A stretch of DNA of 62,842 bases, the filler included. It is 5 parts of 5 records of this genome, joined end to end, with 100 filler letters (N's around TTAATTAATTAA, not from the genome) between each part and the next. Parts side by side here need not be neighbours in the genome. Positions count along the whole stretch, not along the records: positions 1 to 14,075 come from SRR22947727_6287; 4 more parts are not named here. The stretch is one strand, 5' to 3'. Of this stretch, positions 1 through 10,778 are shown in pieces. The position numbers and the translations under genes were made by a program. Below the pieces are notes generated by a model. The model was not told where the DNA came from and searched no databases. It saw nothing but the letters and a program-made list of their open reading frames with translations. Position 1 is the first letter of the stretch; the number at the start of each line of letters is the position of its first letter.

Positions 1-525
1 CCATTGCCAGCCCATTTCAATTGGATAAATTATTCCAGTTAAAATTGCTGCAAATAAGAAAAATGGCCAAATTTTAATTCTTTCAGCTAATGTGCCTGAT
101 ACGATTGACATCGTTGTTGCACAAAACACCATTTGGAAAAACCAGTCAGAATATGATGAATAACCTGTTGCAATATCTTCTGAGGCAAAGCTCATTATTG
201 CAAATTTACCAAAATAATCTCCTCCGCCGTACATTAATTGGTAACCTAATACCCAAAACATTAATCCTGCTACTGAGTATAGACTGATATTTTTCAGGCA
301 CTGCATAGAAACATTTTTTGTTCTAACAAAACCAGACTCAAGCATTGCGAATCCTGCCGCCATCCACATAACTAGAAACCCGCCTAGTAAAAAAAGTAAT
401 GTATTAAAAACAAAAGCATCATTTGCTGCTAGGCTTTCTAATGTTGGAGCATCTTGTCCCCAAGCTAGGGCGGGAAGGCTTAATGCAATAGCCACCCCAC
501 TGATAATTTTTTTGTATGAGCGCAT
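1..525 (-). CDS. amtB: Ammonium transporter (Amt family), N-terminal part, truncated by window edge
   Basis: Not in the ORF track. Manual minus-strand translation from ATG at 525: MRSYKKIISG...LVMWMAAGFAMLESGFVRTKNV...FFQMVFCATTMSIVSGTLAERIK, typical Amt motifs. Confidence 0.92.
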   Translation of the reverse strand, partial: MRSYKKIISGVAIALSLPALAWGQDAPTLESLAANDAFVFNTLLFLLGGFLVMWMAAGFAMLESGFVRTKNVSMQCLKNISLYSVAGLMFWVLGYQLMYGGGDYFGKFAIMSFASEDIATGYSSYSDWFFQMVFCATTMSIVSGTLAERIKIWPFFLFAAILTGIIYPIEMGWQW

Positions 526-693
526 AAGAATTTCCCTTCATGAATTATAACTGTAGTGCTTATTGCCAATCTCAATGAATGTCTGATAGCTTGAATTAAT
601 CTGTCGTGTCCTATTGCGTACGATAGTATATTCTCTGTGCGCGATAATTTTGTAATTGCTATATTGTTGTGCAAGTCACAAATAGGAACCAGT

Positions 694-1047
694 ATGCAAA
701 AAAATATTATTTATAAAATATTCTTAAAGGCGGAATGGGAAGAGATACTCGAAAATGGTTTCTTCTCAGGTAGTGTAGACGACAAACGAGATGGTTTTAT
801 TCACATGTCAACAATAACTCAGTTGCAAGAGACATTATCCAAACATTTTAATGGTAATGATAGTTTAGTGATAGCTGCGGTTGATGCGGAAAAAAAACCT
901 GAACTGTTAAAATATGAAGTTTCTCGAGGCGGGGCTAAATTTCCACATTTTTATGGAGATTTAAAATTTAGCTACATTATTAATTACTGGACCTTGTCAC
1001 CTAATGCCAAAGGTGTTTATGACTTAAGTATTATTACAATGGATTAG
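694..1047 (+). CDS. DUF952 family protein
   Basis: IYKI...EW...GSVDDKRDGFIHMST...FPHFYG motifs; usual position upstream of pyrD in Alphaproteobacteria; ATG at 694 preferred to GTG at 637. Confidence 0.85.
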   Translation: MQKNIIYKIFLKAEWEEILENGFFSGSVDDKRDGFIHMSTITQLQETLSKHFNGNDSLVIAAVDAEKKPELLKYEVSRGGAKFPHFYGDLKFSYIINYWTLSPNAKGVYDLSIITMD

Positions 1048-1049
1048 AT

Positions 1050-2108
1050 ATGTCACTTATGCATGAACTGGGGACTGTGTTATTACGAAAGCTTCCCGCT
1101 GAAAATGCTCATAAATTAACTATAAAAGCCTTAGGTGGAGGTTTGGGGCCAAAATTTAGGGCTTCAATTTCGTCAAATCTCGCCATTAACGTTGGAGGTT
1201 TAAATCTTCCTAACCCTGTTGGTTTAGCAGCTGGATTTGATAAAGATTGTGAAGTTTCAACACCAATGCTTGCTGCAGGATTTGGTTTTGTAGAATGCGG
1301 TACTGTCACTCCTTTGCCTCAACATGGAAACTCAAAGCCAAGACTTTTTAGGCTAGTTGAAGATAAAGCTGTTATAAATAGAATGGGTTTTAATAATGCT
1401 GGATTGAATAAATTTAAAAATAACTTGGAAAAACGGAAGTTAAAAAATGGTCTGGTAGGAGCTAATTTAGGGGCAAATAAAAATAGTAAAAACCGTGTTG
1501 AAGATTATGCAATTGGTTTAAAGTCTCTGTGGGGCCTTTCTGATTATTTTACAATTAATATTAGTTCACCTAACACACCAGGTTTACGAGACCTTCAAAA
1601 TGAAAATGCTATGGAAGAATTATTGGGCCGTGTTTCTGAAGTGCGTGCTCAACTTGCCGGGGATAGGCCCTCCTATCCTATATTTCTTAAAGTGGCTCCA
1701 GACCTTGGTTTAGGTGAGGTCGAACGTATTGTTGAACAATCAAGATCCTATGGAATAAATGCAATAATTGTTTCGAATACAACTGTAGCGAGGCCTTCAT
1801 CGTTAAAAAGTAAATATAAAATAGAAAAAGGTGGACTATCCGGTCAACCTCTTTTTGATTTATCAACTGAAATTCTAAGGCAATTTTATGCAGCTGCTAA
1901 AGGCAAAATTGACCTTATTGGTGTTGGGGGTGTCAGCAATGGTCTCCAAGCATATGAAAAAATAAGAGCTGGAGCAAGTGCAGTTCAGATTTATTCAGCC
2001 TTAGTTTATGAGGGCCCTGGCTTAGTAAATGCTATTAATACCGATTTATTATTAAGATTAAAGGCAGATGGCTTTAAATCCATAGCTGAAGCTGTTGGAA
2101 AAGATTAG
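1050..2108 (+). CDS. pyrD: Quinone-dependent dihydroorotate dehydrogenase (class 2)
   Basis: NPVGLAAGFDK, GTVTP, INRMGFNN, NISSPNTPGLR, GGLSG motifs. Confidence 0.97.
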   Translation: MSLMHELGTVLLRKLPAENAHKLTIKALGGGLGPKFRASISSNLAINVGGLNLPNPVGLAAGFDKDCEVSTPMLAAGFGFVECGTVTPLPQHGNSKPRLFRLVEDKAVINRMGFNNAGLNKFKNNLEKRKLKNGLVGANLGANKNSKNRVEDYAIGLKSLWGLSDYFTINISSPNTPGLRDLQNENAMEELLGRVSEVRAQLAGDRPSYPIFLKVAPDLGLGEVERIVEQSRSYGINAIIVSNTTVARPSSLKSKYKIEKGGLSGQPLFDLSTEILRQFYAAAKGKIDLIGVGGVSNGLQAYEKIRAGASAVQIYSALVYEGPGLVNAINTDLLLRLKADGFKSIAEAVGKD

Positions 2109-2131
2109 GTAAGATTTTTTTATGAGTGACT

Positions 2132-3406
2132 TTATTGTTTCAACAGTAGGTCTAAAATATTTTTCTCTAAATAGCCGTCTTCTGGTATGCCTACGTCTTT
2201 CTGCCATTCCCGAATAGCTTTCCTGCTATTTGGACCAATAACACCGTCTATTAAACCGATTTTGTAACCTAATTCTTTCAGTTTTTTTTGAGCAGAAACT
2301 CTGTCCGTTAATGATAAAAGCTTATCAGTCCTTGGCCATTCAGCTGTAATCGCCGTTCTTTCATTAAGAGCGTGTGCAAATGAAGTAACAGCTAATGCAT
2401 AGCTTGTTGAGTTATTATATTTTTTTATTACGTCAAAATTTTTGAATATTAGTATTTTGGGTCCCTTGTGGCCGCTCGGAACAATAAGCTTGGCTTTTAA
2501 ATTTTCGTATATTTTAAGGTTTTCATGATTTGGCATTTGAGTAATACCCAGCTTCAACCATTCACTCACCATTTTTTGCGAGTTTTCGGCAAGACTATAA
2601 TCGAAACCATTTTTGGTGCTTACTTCCATTACAATCGGTTCCCCCCATCTCCACCCATGTCTAGATAGATAATGAGCAGCAGAACTCAATGCATCTGATT
2701 TGTTTGTCCATAAGTCTTTGTTACCATCATTGTCGAAATCAATAGCATAGTCTCTAAATGTAGTTGGAATGAATTGCATCATTCCCATTGCTCCGGCCCA
2801 TGAACTTAACAATTGATTTTTTTGAACAGACCCATCTCTTAATAGGCTTAAAAGTGCAAAAAGTTGCTGCTCTCCAAAGTCTCTTCTTCTTCCTTCAAAA
2901 GCGAAAGTGGAAAGTGAGTCTATAGGATTGTAATTACCCATAATTTCCCCAAATGCACTTTCAAGTCCCCATATTGCTATTAAAACATGTCTTGAGACTT
3001 TGTATTTTTTTTCAATATCATTTAATAAAATTTCATTCTCATGTAATTTTTTTATTCCGTTTCTCAGTCGATTAGGATTACCTGCCTGGTCTAGATATGA
3101 CCATATAGGAGTGTTAAATTCCGGTTGCTGTCTATCTCTTTGAAGTGCTTTTTCTTCAATTTTTGCGGGCATAATAAAATATTCTGTTAGATCTTTTGTA
3201 TAGCCCTTTTCAATTGCTTTTTCTATAAATTCTAATTTCCAAATTTGAAACTTCTCTACTCTACTATGGGTAACATCCATGCGTAAATCATTTTCAACTG
3301 AGATTTCCAGAGAATGAGTCTTTTTATCTATTGCATTTTCGTTGGTATGTGTCTGTCCCGTAGCTCCAAATAAAAAAATAGAAAAAGAGAACAATTTTGT
3401 TAACAT
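2132..3406 (-). CDS. Lytic murein transglycosylase (MltB/SLT_2) with C-terminal peptidoglycan-binding domain
   Basis: AIWGLESAFG, SWAGAMG.MQFIP, EF-hand-like DFDNDGNKDLW, KYNNSTSYA; C-terminal DGVIGPNSRKAIREWQ. Confidence 0.92.
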   Translation of the reverse strand: MLTKLFSFSIFLFGATGQTHTNENAIDKKTHSLEISVENDLRMDVTHSRVEKFQIWKLEFIEKAIEKGYTKDLTEYFIMPAKIEEKALQRDRQQPEFNTPIWSYLDQAGNPNRLRNGIKKLHENEILLNDIEKKYKVSRHVLIAIWGLESAFGEIMGNYNPIDSLSTFAFEGRRRDFGEQQLFALLSLLRDGSVQKNQLLSSWAGAMGMMQFIPTTFRDYAIDFDNDGNKDLWTNKSDALSSAAHYLSRHGWRWGEPIVMEVSTKNGFDYSLAENSQKMVSEWLKLGITQMPNHENLKIYENLKAKLIVPSGHKGPKILIFKNFDVIKKYNNSTSYALAVTSFAHALNERTAITAEWPRTDKLLSLTDRVSAQKKLKELGYKIGLIDGVIGPNSRKAIREWQKDVGIPEDGYLEKNILDLLLKQ

Positions 3407-3535
3407 AATGACTTATTATCAAATTTCTTTATCTGTTGCCATTGGTAAATTTTTTTATTTACCAATTTTAAAAAAGGTATAAAAATTTAACTTCATTACT
3501 TTGCTAAAGACATTAAATGTCTCTATAGGTTATGT

Positions 3536-5257
3536 ATGGATATAAATAAGAATAAAACTTATAAGGTTCTAGCTCGAAAATATCGTCCTAGAACATTTGA
3601 GGATATGATTGGCCAAGAGGCCATGGTGCATACATTAAGAAATGCCTTTGAGGTCTCTCGTGTAGCTCATGCTTTTATGCTTACCGGTGTTCGGGGAATA
3701 GGAAAAACAACAACAGCTCGATTGCTTGCTAGGGCATTGAATTACGAGAGTGACAATATCGAAGGCCCCTCAGTTGACTTGTCGGTCTCAGGTAAACATT
3801 GCGACTTGATTATGAATTCATCTCATATGGATGTTTTAGAGATAGATGCAGCATCAAGGACGGGTGTCGAAAATATGAGAGAGCTTTTAGATGGAGTTCG
3901 TTATGCCCCTGCTTCTGCTCGCTATAAGGTATACATTATAGATGAGGTACATATGTTGTCCACAGGTGCATTTAATGCACTGCTTAAAACGCTAGAGGAA
4001 CCGCCAGACCATGCTAAATTTATTTTTGCTACGACTGAAATACGAAAAGTACCCATAACTGTTTTATCAAGATGTCAAAGATTCGACCTTAGAAGAGTGG
4101 GTCCTGGTGAGATGAAAAACCATCTTTCTAAGATTTGTAAAAAGGAGAAAGCTAATATTTCTGATGAAGGACTTTCGCTAATCTCCTTGGCAGCTGAGGG
4201 TTCTGTTCGTGATAGTTTATCTCTTTTAGACCAAGCGATTGTTCAGTCGGATATGGAAGGCTCGATGGTCTCTGCGGAAAACATTAGAGTTATGTTGGGT
4301 CTGGCTAATAAAGCAAGAATTATAGAATTATTTGAATTGGCTGCTTTAGGAAGCATTAAGGCCGCATTGCTTTTAATAAGGCAGCTTCACAATGATGGTG
4401 CTGATGCCATCATAATGATGAAAGACTTGTTAGACGTCTGTCACGAGGTTAGCAGGGCTAAAGTACTTGGTTCTGAAGCTCTATCAGATATGGCTTCAGA
4501 GCAGGCAGATTTATTACATGAAATCTCAAAAAAATTGACAGTTGGACAGTTAACTAGAATATGGCAAATATTGATCAAATCATATACTGAGGTAAAAGTT
4601 GCTCCTGTACCAATAGCGGCCACCGAAATGGTTTTATTGAAGCTATCTACCGCAGGGCTTCTTCCACCGCCAGAGCTAGCAACAAAAATCATTAAAGAAA
4701 TGAGCACCCAGATTACAACTAAAGAGGAAACTGCTAAGTCTATTGTATCTGCAAACCCTATTAATGCGAGTCATTCTAATCATCATTCGGCAGCTGAAAG
4801 AGTATTAAATGCAGATATTATTGAAGAAACTGTGGCTCCTGAAAATAAAGTATTAACTCTTAATACGTTGGAAGATATTATAGCGGCTTTACCTAGTTCT
4901 GATATTATATTAAAATCAGATATTAAAAGGTATGTGAAGCCTATTAAAGTCAAACAGGGTATGATCATATACCAGCCCTCTGACGGAGCACCTAAGGATT
5001 TATCTGGAAGTATTGTTTCTGCTTTAAAAAATTTAACAGGCGATTTATGGGTAGTTTCCCCTGAAGTAGATGGAGGGGGCTTTACAATAAAAGAGCTAGA
5101 AAAATTATCTCAAACTGAGCAAAATGAAAAAGATAAATCTCACCCCATTTTTACGCATTCATTGATTAGTAAAGCAAAGTTGATTAAAATTTATAACTCT
5201 GAAGATGAGCCTACTCAAAATAATGTAATCAGAGGTAATTTTGGAGAACTAGAATGA
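3536..5257 (+). CDS. dnaX: DNA polymerase III subunit gamma/tau
   Basis: YKVLARKYRP, Walker A GVRGIGKTT, IIDEVHMLS, SRCQRF. Confidence 0.97.
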   Translation: MDINKNKTYKVLARKYRPRTFEDMIGQEAMVHTLRNAFEVSRVAHAFMLTGVRGIGKTTTARLLARALNYESDNIEGPSVDLSVSGKHCDLIMNSSHMDVLEIDAASRTGVENMRELLDGVRYAPASARYKVYIIDEVHMLSTGAFNALLKTLEEPPDHAKFIFATTEIRKVPITVLSRCQRFDLRRVGPGEMKNHLSKICKKEKANISDEGLSLISLAAEGSVRDSLSLLDQAIVQSDMEGSMVSAENIRVMLGLANKARIIELFELAALGSIKAALLLIRQLHNDGADAIIMMKDLLDVCHEVSRAKVLGSEALSDMASEQADLLHEISKKLTVGQLTRIWQILIKSYTEVKVAPVPIAATEMVLLKLSTAGLLPPPELATKIIKEMSTQITTKEETAKSIVSANPINASHSNHHSAAERVLNADIIEETVAPENKVLTLNTLEDIIAALPSSDIILKSDIKRYVKPIKVKQGMIIYQPSDGAPKDLSGSIVSALKNLTGDLWVVSPEVDGGGFTIKELEKLSQTEQNEKDKSHPIFTHSLISKAKLIKIYNSEDEPTQNNVIRGNFGELE

Positions 5258-5586
5258 AAGATTTAATGGGACTGATGAAGCAGGCAAAAGAGATGCAAAA
5301 AAAAATAGCCGCAGCTCAAGAGAAAGTCTCAGATATAATTGTTAAGGGTGAATCTGGCGGTGGATTAGTTTCTATTGAATTAGTTGGAGGCGGCAATATG
5401 AAGTCTTTAAGCATAGACCCCTCTCTTTTTGGCTCCAGTCAAAGAGCTGATATTGAAATGGCCGAAGACTTAATTATTGCAGCATATCAAGATGCTAAGT
5501 CAAAATTAGATCAGGAGCAGGCTGCGACAATGAAAAGTGCTATGGGCGATATACCAATTCCGCCAGGAATGAACTTATCCCTATAA
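5254..5586 (+). CDS. ybaB: YbaB/EbfC nucleoid-associated protein
   Basis: MKQAKEMQKK...GESGGGLV...EDLIIAA; overlaps the dnaX stop. Confidence 0.93.
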   Translation: MKDLMGLMKQAKEMQKKIAAAQEKVSDIIVKGESGGGLVSIELVGGGNMKSLSIDPSLFGSSQRADIEMAEDLIIAAYQDAKSKLDQEQAATMKSAMGDIPIPPGMNLSL

Positions 5587-5638
5587 GAAAAACTTAGATT
5601 AGGTTATCATCTCAATATGTGATGATTAAAGGGGCCTC

Positions 5639-7225
5639 ATGAAGAATGATACATTAAAATCAGAGAATTTATCAGAACTAAGAAAAAGCCGTACCCGCAG
5701 AGGGGTTTTCGATGCATTTTTAGATGCATCTAGAGTACATGGATCAAACATGGGAGTAGTAATCGATGGTGATGGAAGAGAGTTAAATTATTCTGATTTA
5801 ATGCGTGCTTCTTTTGCCTTAGGATTACCATTGAGAAATTTAACGAAAAAAAATGACAATATAGGCATTCTGCTTCCTACTGGTGCTGGTGCTGCAATAT
5901 CCTTTTTAGCTATTCATGCGGCAGGAAGAACACCAGCAATGTTAAACTTTACCTCTGGCATCAGAAATCTAAAAGATGCTTTAGCTACAGGCCCAATACC
6001 TATTGTTTTGACGGCTCATAAATTCATAGAAATCGCTGGAATTTCTGATTTAATTAATGAATTATCATCCGTAGTAAAAGTAGTTTACCTTGAAGATCTC
6101 CAAAAAGAATTAAGCGTTTTTAGTAAGCTGACTGCAATTTTTGGCCCCATCTTTCCATTTATTTTCTCGCCTAAACCTTCACCCGATGATAAAGCTGTTC
6201 TTTTATTTACTTCAGGCACAGAAGGAAGTCCTAAAGGGGTAGTGCTGTCACACTCGAATATATTATCCAATATTGAACAAATAGAGCAGCATGTTGAACT
6301 TGAAGAAACTGATATATTTTTTAATCCATTACCAACCTTTCATTGTTATGGTCTTACAGCAGGAACTCTCTGGCCTATTTTTAGTGGCCGGAAAGTTGTA
6401 TTACATCCATCCCCTTTACAAACGAAAACTATTGCCAACCGTATAGCATCAACCAAATCAACTATACTTTTTGCAACTGATACCTTCTTGAATCAATATA
6501 TGAGATCGAGTGCTGATGGAGGTATGGCTTCATTAAGGATTGCTGTGTGCGGGGCGGAAAAAGTTCGCGAAGAAACTAGAAAAGTGGCCAGTGAAAAATT
6601 TGATATGCAAGTTTTAGAGGGATACGGTGTTACCGAATGTGCACCTGTACTTGCAGCTAATCAACCCGGAGATATTCATGCGGGTACAATCGGAAGAATG
6701 CTTCCAGGTATAGAGGCATGGCTTGAGCCAGTTGAGGGCCTTAAAGACGCTGGAAAGCTCTGGGTGCGAGGCCCTAATATTATGAAAGGTTACATTACAA
6801 GTGCCAACCCTGGCATTGTAACGCCTCTGGCTGATGGATGGTATGATACGGGTGATATTGTTTCAATTAATGATGAGGGCCATTACATAATCCGAGGAAG
6901 ACTAAAAAGATTCGCAAAAATTGGAGGAGAAATGGTTTCCCTAACAGTAGTTGAGAATTGTGCTTCAGCCGTATGGCCAAAATTTATAAATGCCGCTGCA
7001 ATCCTTCCTGACTCCAGAAAAGGAGAGCAAATAGTTCTGGTTAGCAATAATGCCAATGCAAAGCGAAGCGATCTACTTCGTTGGGCCCAAGCACATGGTG
7101 TGCCAGAATTGGCAGTCCCAAAAAAAATTATATTTGTTCAATCGATTCCTATCCTAGGAACTGGAAAGCTTGACTATAAAAGTATAACTCAGCTTGCTCA
7201 AGAATCCCTAACTTCTGTAGGATAG
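5639..7225 (+). CDS. AMP-binding enzyme resembling the acyl-ACP synthetase domain of Aas (stand-alone)
   Basis: LFTSGTEGSPKG, EGYGVTE, WYDTGD, KRFAKIGGEMVSL, LGTGKLDY; no N-terminal acyltransferase domain. Confidence 0.85.
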   Translation: MKNDTLKSENLSELRKSRTRRGVFDAFLDASRVHGSNMGVVIDGDGRELNYSDLMRASFALGLPLRNLTKKNDNIGILLPTGAGAAISFLAIHAAGRTPAMLNFTSGIRNLKDALATGPIPIVLTAHKFIEIAGISDLINELSSVVKVVYLEDLQKELSVFSKLTAIFGPIFPFIFSPKPSPDDKAVLLFTSGTEGSPKGVVLSHSNILSNIEQIEQHVELEETDIFFNPLPTFHCYGLTAGTLWPIFSGRKVVLHPSPLQTKTIANRIASTKSTILFATDTFLNQYMRSSADGGMASLRIAVCGAEKVREETRKVASEKFDMQVLEGYGVTECAPVLAANQPGDIHAGTIGRMLPGIEAWLEPVEGLKDAGKLWVRGPNIMKGYITSANPGIVTPLADGWYDTGDIVSINDEGHYIIRGRLKRFAKIGGEMVSLTVVENCASAVWPKFINAAAILPDSRKGEQIVLVSNNANAKRSDLLRWAQAHGVPELAVPKKIIFVQSIPILGTGKLDYKSITQLAQESLTSVG

Positions 7226-7229
7226 TTTT

Positions 7230-8972
7230 TTGTACAAAGTTTATATAAATTTTATGCTCTGCATTATTTCACTTGGATTTTTCTCTCCAGCTCTATCTAA
7301 TGAGTCAAATGTAGTTAGATATTATACTGATAATAGTAATTTGGGTGAATTAGTAACTGCAGAAAATGGAATTGTTTCTTCGCAAGACTTTATTGCATCT
7401 GAAGTGGGTAGAAATATTTTAATTCAGGGAGGTAATGCAGTAGATGCTGCTGTTGCTACTGGATTTGCATTAGCGGTTACTCACCCACAAGCTGGAAATC
7501 TAGGCGGTGGAGGCTTCATGCTAGTAAGTTTAGCTGAAGAAAAAGACGTTATTTCTCTAGATTTTCGGGAAACTGCTCCTTCAGCTGCAAATAAGGATAT
7601 GTACCTTGACGGAACGGGGGAGGTTGATACAGATCGGGCACAATATTCTAGGTTGTCATCGGGTATTCCAGGAACTGTGATGGGCTTACTTCAAGCATTG
7701 GAGAAGTATGGCACTATGTCCCGTCAAATGGTAATGCGCCCAGCAATAGAATTGGCTCTTAATGGTTTTATAATAAGTGATCACTTGGCTGAAAGTTTAA
7801 ATAACCACAGTAGCGAATTATCAATTGATAAAAGCTCAATAGAATATTTTTTAAATCGTAGCGAGGGTGAAGTTTTTAAGCAATTAGATTTAGCCAAGAC
7901 GTTAAAACGCATCGCTCAATTTGGCTCTCAGGACTTTTATTCAGGTGAAACTGCTGATTTAATAGTATCTGAAATGAAATCGGGCCAAGGCCTAATTACT
8001 CATGCAGATTTAAGAAATTACAGGGTCATAACTCGGAAGCCTGTTATTGGAAATTACAAAGGATATAACCTTTATGCAATGTCTCCACCTTCCTCAGGAG
8101 GGGTGCATATAATACAAATGTTAAACATTTTGGGTGGATATGATTTAAAAAGTAATGGCCATAATTCAGCTCCATATTTACATAAAATGATTGAGGCCAT
8201 GCGACGGGCTTATGCAGATAGGTCTGAATATTTAGGGGATCCAGATTTTGTGGATATTCCTGTAAAATCACTAACTTCAAAAAACTATGCTGATGCATTA
8301 AGAACCAATATTGATCTAGAGGTAGCCACTCCTTCTCAAAATATTAGGCCAGGTGCTAAAATGCCAAAAGAAAGTATGAATACAACTCATTACTCCATAA
8401 TAGATAGAAAGGGAAATGCAGTCTCCGTGACTTATACTTTAAATTTTTCATACGGAAGTGGTTATAGTGTTGATGGTGCTGGGTTTTTGTTGAACAACGA
8501 AATGGATGATTTTTCATCCAAGCCAGGGTCACCCAATGGTTATGGATTAATTGGAGGTGAGGCAAATAAAATTGCTCCAGCAAAACGGCCTTTGTCTTCT
8601 ATGACACCTCTGATTATAAAAAAAGATAAACAGGTTGTTTTAGTCACAGGTAGCCCAGGTGGATCACGAATAATCACATCAGTTTTACAAATGGTTTTGA
8701 ATGTAATTGAATGGAATATGAATCTTTCCGAAGCTGTTAATCAGCCACGTATTCATCATCAGTGGTTGCCTGATGTTGTTGATATTGAAAGAGGTATATC
8801 TGTTGATGTCATAAAAAAACTGAATAAGATGGGGCATAAATTCTTACTAGATGAGAATGGAAACTATGATTATGATATCTTAGGTCGAGTAAACTCTGTG
8901 GGGCAGGATAGTAATTTATTAGTTGGCTCTGCTGACCCACGCGGTCCTAAGTCTGCCGCCATCGGCTTTTAG
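7230..8972 (+). CDS. ggt: Gamma-glutamyltransferase
   Basis: GGNAVDAAVA, DFRETAP, autocleavage site NTTHYS, LNNEMDDF, RPLSSMTP, GSPGG; true start may be ATG at 7254. Confidence 0.96.
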   Translation: MYKVYINFMLCIISLGFFSPALSNESNVVRYYTDNSNLGELVTAENGIVSSQDFIASEVGRNILIQGGNAVDAAVATGFALAVTHPQAGNLGGGGFMLVSLAEEKDVISLDFRETAPSAANKDMYLDGTGEVDTDRAQYSRLSSGIPGTVMGLLQALEKYGTMSRQMVMRPAIELALNGFIISDHLAESLNNHSSELSIDKSSIEYFLNRSEGEVFKQLDLAKTLKRIAQFGSQDFYSGETADLIVSEMKSGQGLITHADLRNYRVITRKPVIGNYKGYNLYAMSPPSSGGVHIIQMLNILGGYDLKSNGHNSAPYLHKMIEAMRRAYADRSEYLGDPDFVDIPVKSLTSKNYADALRTNIDLEVATPSQNIRPGAKMPKESMNTTHYSIIDRKGNAVSVTYTLNFSYGSGYSVDGAGFLLNNEMDDFSSKPGSPNGYGLIGGEANKIAPAKRPLSSMTPLIIKKDKQVVLVTGSPGGSRIITSVLQMVLNVIEWNMNLSEAVNQPRIHHQWLPDVVDIERGISVDVIKKLNKMGHKFLLDENGNYDYDILGRVNSVGQDSNLLVGSADPRGPKSAAIGF

Positions 8973-9064
8973 AAATTAATTAAATATCAAGAATTTTGAA
9001 TATTTCTCTTAAGTTTTAGTAACTTATTGGCTAGCATGATATGAATCACTTATAGGTCAATCAA

Positions 9065-9667
9065 ATGCCTTCAAATGTCAGTCCTGAAATTGAACAACTT
9101 ATAAAGTTATTATCAAAATTATCGGGCTTAGGCCCACGCTCTGCTCGCAGGGCTACACTAGACCTAGTTAAAAAAAGAGAAGTTTTAATGCGGCCTTTAG
9201 CTGCTGCTATGACTCAAGCGGTTGATAAAATATCTAATTGCAGTCAATGTGGTAATGTTGATGTAAACGACCCCTGCTATATCTGTTCTTCTCTATCAAG
9301 AGATAGAACAATTATTTGCGTCGTTCAGGAGGTTAGTGACCTCTGGGCTATGGAGCGCGCAGGAGCATTTAGAGGGCAGTACCATGTATTAGGCGGAACA
9401 CTATCTGCTCTAGATGGAATTAGGCCTGAAGATTTGAATATTTCTGATTTGATTTCTAGGGCAACCGACGATCATGTCAAAGAAGTTATTCTAGCGATGA
9501 GCGCGACCATTGACGGTCAGACTACTGCTCATTATATAACCGACCATCTTGTAAATAAAGATGTTATTATATCAAGATTGGCACACGGTGTCCCGGTTGG
9601 TGGTGAATTAGATTATCTTGACGATGGAACTATAACTGCTGCTATGAAAAGTCGTAGAATTTTGTGA
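9065..9667 (+). CDS. recR: Recombination mediator RecR
   Basis: Hh[11 protein letters not shown]4 zinc finger [22 protein letters not shown]. Confidence 0.97.
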   Translation: MPSNVSPEIEQLIKLLSKLSGLGPRSARRATLDLVKKREVLMRPLAAAMTQAVDKISNCSQCGNVDVNDPCYICSSLSRDRTIICVVQEVSDLWAMERAGAFRGQYHVLGGTLSALDGIRPEDLNISDLISRATDDHVKEVILAMSATIDGQTTAHYITDHLVNKDVIISRLAHGVPVGGELDYLDDGTITAAMKSRRIL

Positions 9668-9687
9668 TATTAAACTTTATCGTTTAA

Positions 9688-10776
9688 TTATTTTAAATTA
9701 GCGATACTTCCTTTTGATATACTCTCGTCTTGGTTATCTATATAGTTAACATCCACATTTTCTATTTTATCTGCTCTTTTTGTTATCTTTTCAGTACTAA
9801 TTCTTATTTTTTTTATGTCTTCAGTAGATGCACTGAAATGCTTTTGTAAATTTTCAACCCTTTCATCAAGACGGTTGATGTCTTTGCTTAACAAAGTCAC
9901 TTCTTTCTGAATGATATGAGCTTGTTCCTGCATTGCAGCATCTCTCATCACTGCGTGTATCGTATGTAATGTTGCCATAAAGGTTGTTGGCGATACAATC
10001 ATAACTTTGAGTTCAAAGCTTTTATCAATGATTTTTGGAAAATTGGAATGTAGCTCTGCATAGATTGCCTCACTAGGCAAAAACAACATTGCTACATCGT
10101 GGGTTTCGCCAGGAATTAAATATTTTTCTGCTACGTCTTTTATGTGTATTGTTACGTCACGAGAAAATTGTTTGGCTGCCTGAATTTCATCAGTAGTATT
10201 TTCTGCATCAGTTAAGTGCCGCCAAGACTCCATTGGAAATTTACTATCAATAGCCACATCATCTTGCTCGCCCGGCAAGTGTATGATTGCATCAACACGC
10301 TTTCCGTTTGAAAGGGTATGTTGAAATGAATATGATGCTTTAGGTAGATAGTTTTCGATTAGGTCTTGCATTTGCTTTTCACCAAAGGCTCCGCGTGATT
10401 GTTTGTTTGAAAGAAGATTTTGAAGGCCTGAAACTTCAGTTGATAAAGTTTCAATATTTTTTTGTGCGCGGTCAATTAAAGCAAGCCGTTCATGGAGTTG
10501 TTTAAGACTGTTAGAATTACGTTCTTGAGTGTCTTGTATGGATTTTCCAACTCGATCGGATACTGTATTAAGTCTTTTATCAAGGCTTTCTCTAAATAGT
10601 ACTTCACGTTTGGCACTATCTTCCGATAATTGCGAAATACGACCCAGTATTTCTTCTTCGAATGATGATTTTCCTTTTTGTTTAGGTTTTGCAAGATAAT
10701 AAGCAATCCCTACAAATCCTAGTGATAGAGTTAAAAAAAGTATCGCAAGCAGTGGTGATGTAAGAGAATAATTCAT
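9688..10776 (-). CDS. rmuC: DNA recombination protein RmuC
   Basis: N-terminal TM, coiled coil, RGAFGE, IDSKFP, MLFLPSEAIY, VSPTT. Confidence 0.93.
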   Translation of the reverse strand: MNYSLTSPLLAILFLTLSLGFVGIAYYLAKPKQKGKSSFEEEILGRISQLSEDSAKREVLFRESLDKRLNTVSDRVGKSIQDTQERNSNSLKQLHERLALIDRAQKNIETLSTEVSGLQNLLSNKQSRGAFGEKQMQDLIENYLPKASYSFQHTLSNGKRVDAIIHLPGEQDDVAIDSKFPMESWRHLTDAENTTDEIQAAKQFSRDVTIHIKDVAEKYLIPGETHDVAMLFLPSEAIYAELHSNFPKIIDKSFELKVMIVSPTTFMATLHTIHAVMRDAAMQEQAHIIQKEVTLLSKDINRLDERVENLQKHFSASTEDIKKIRISTEKITKRADKIENVDVNYIDNQDESISKGSIANLK

Positions 10777-10778
10777 AT

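Noticed and set aside
3407-3535. SRP RNA (ffs), often found upstream of dnaX
   Set aside because: Region is very AT-rich with no CAGG..GGAA..AGCAG core
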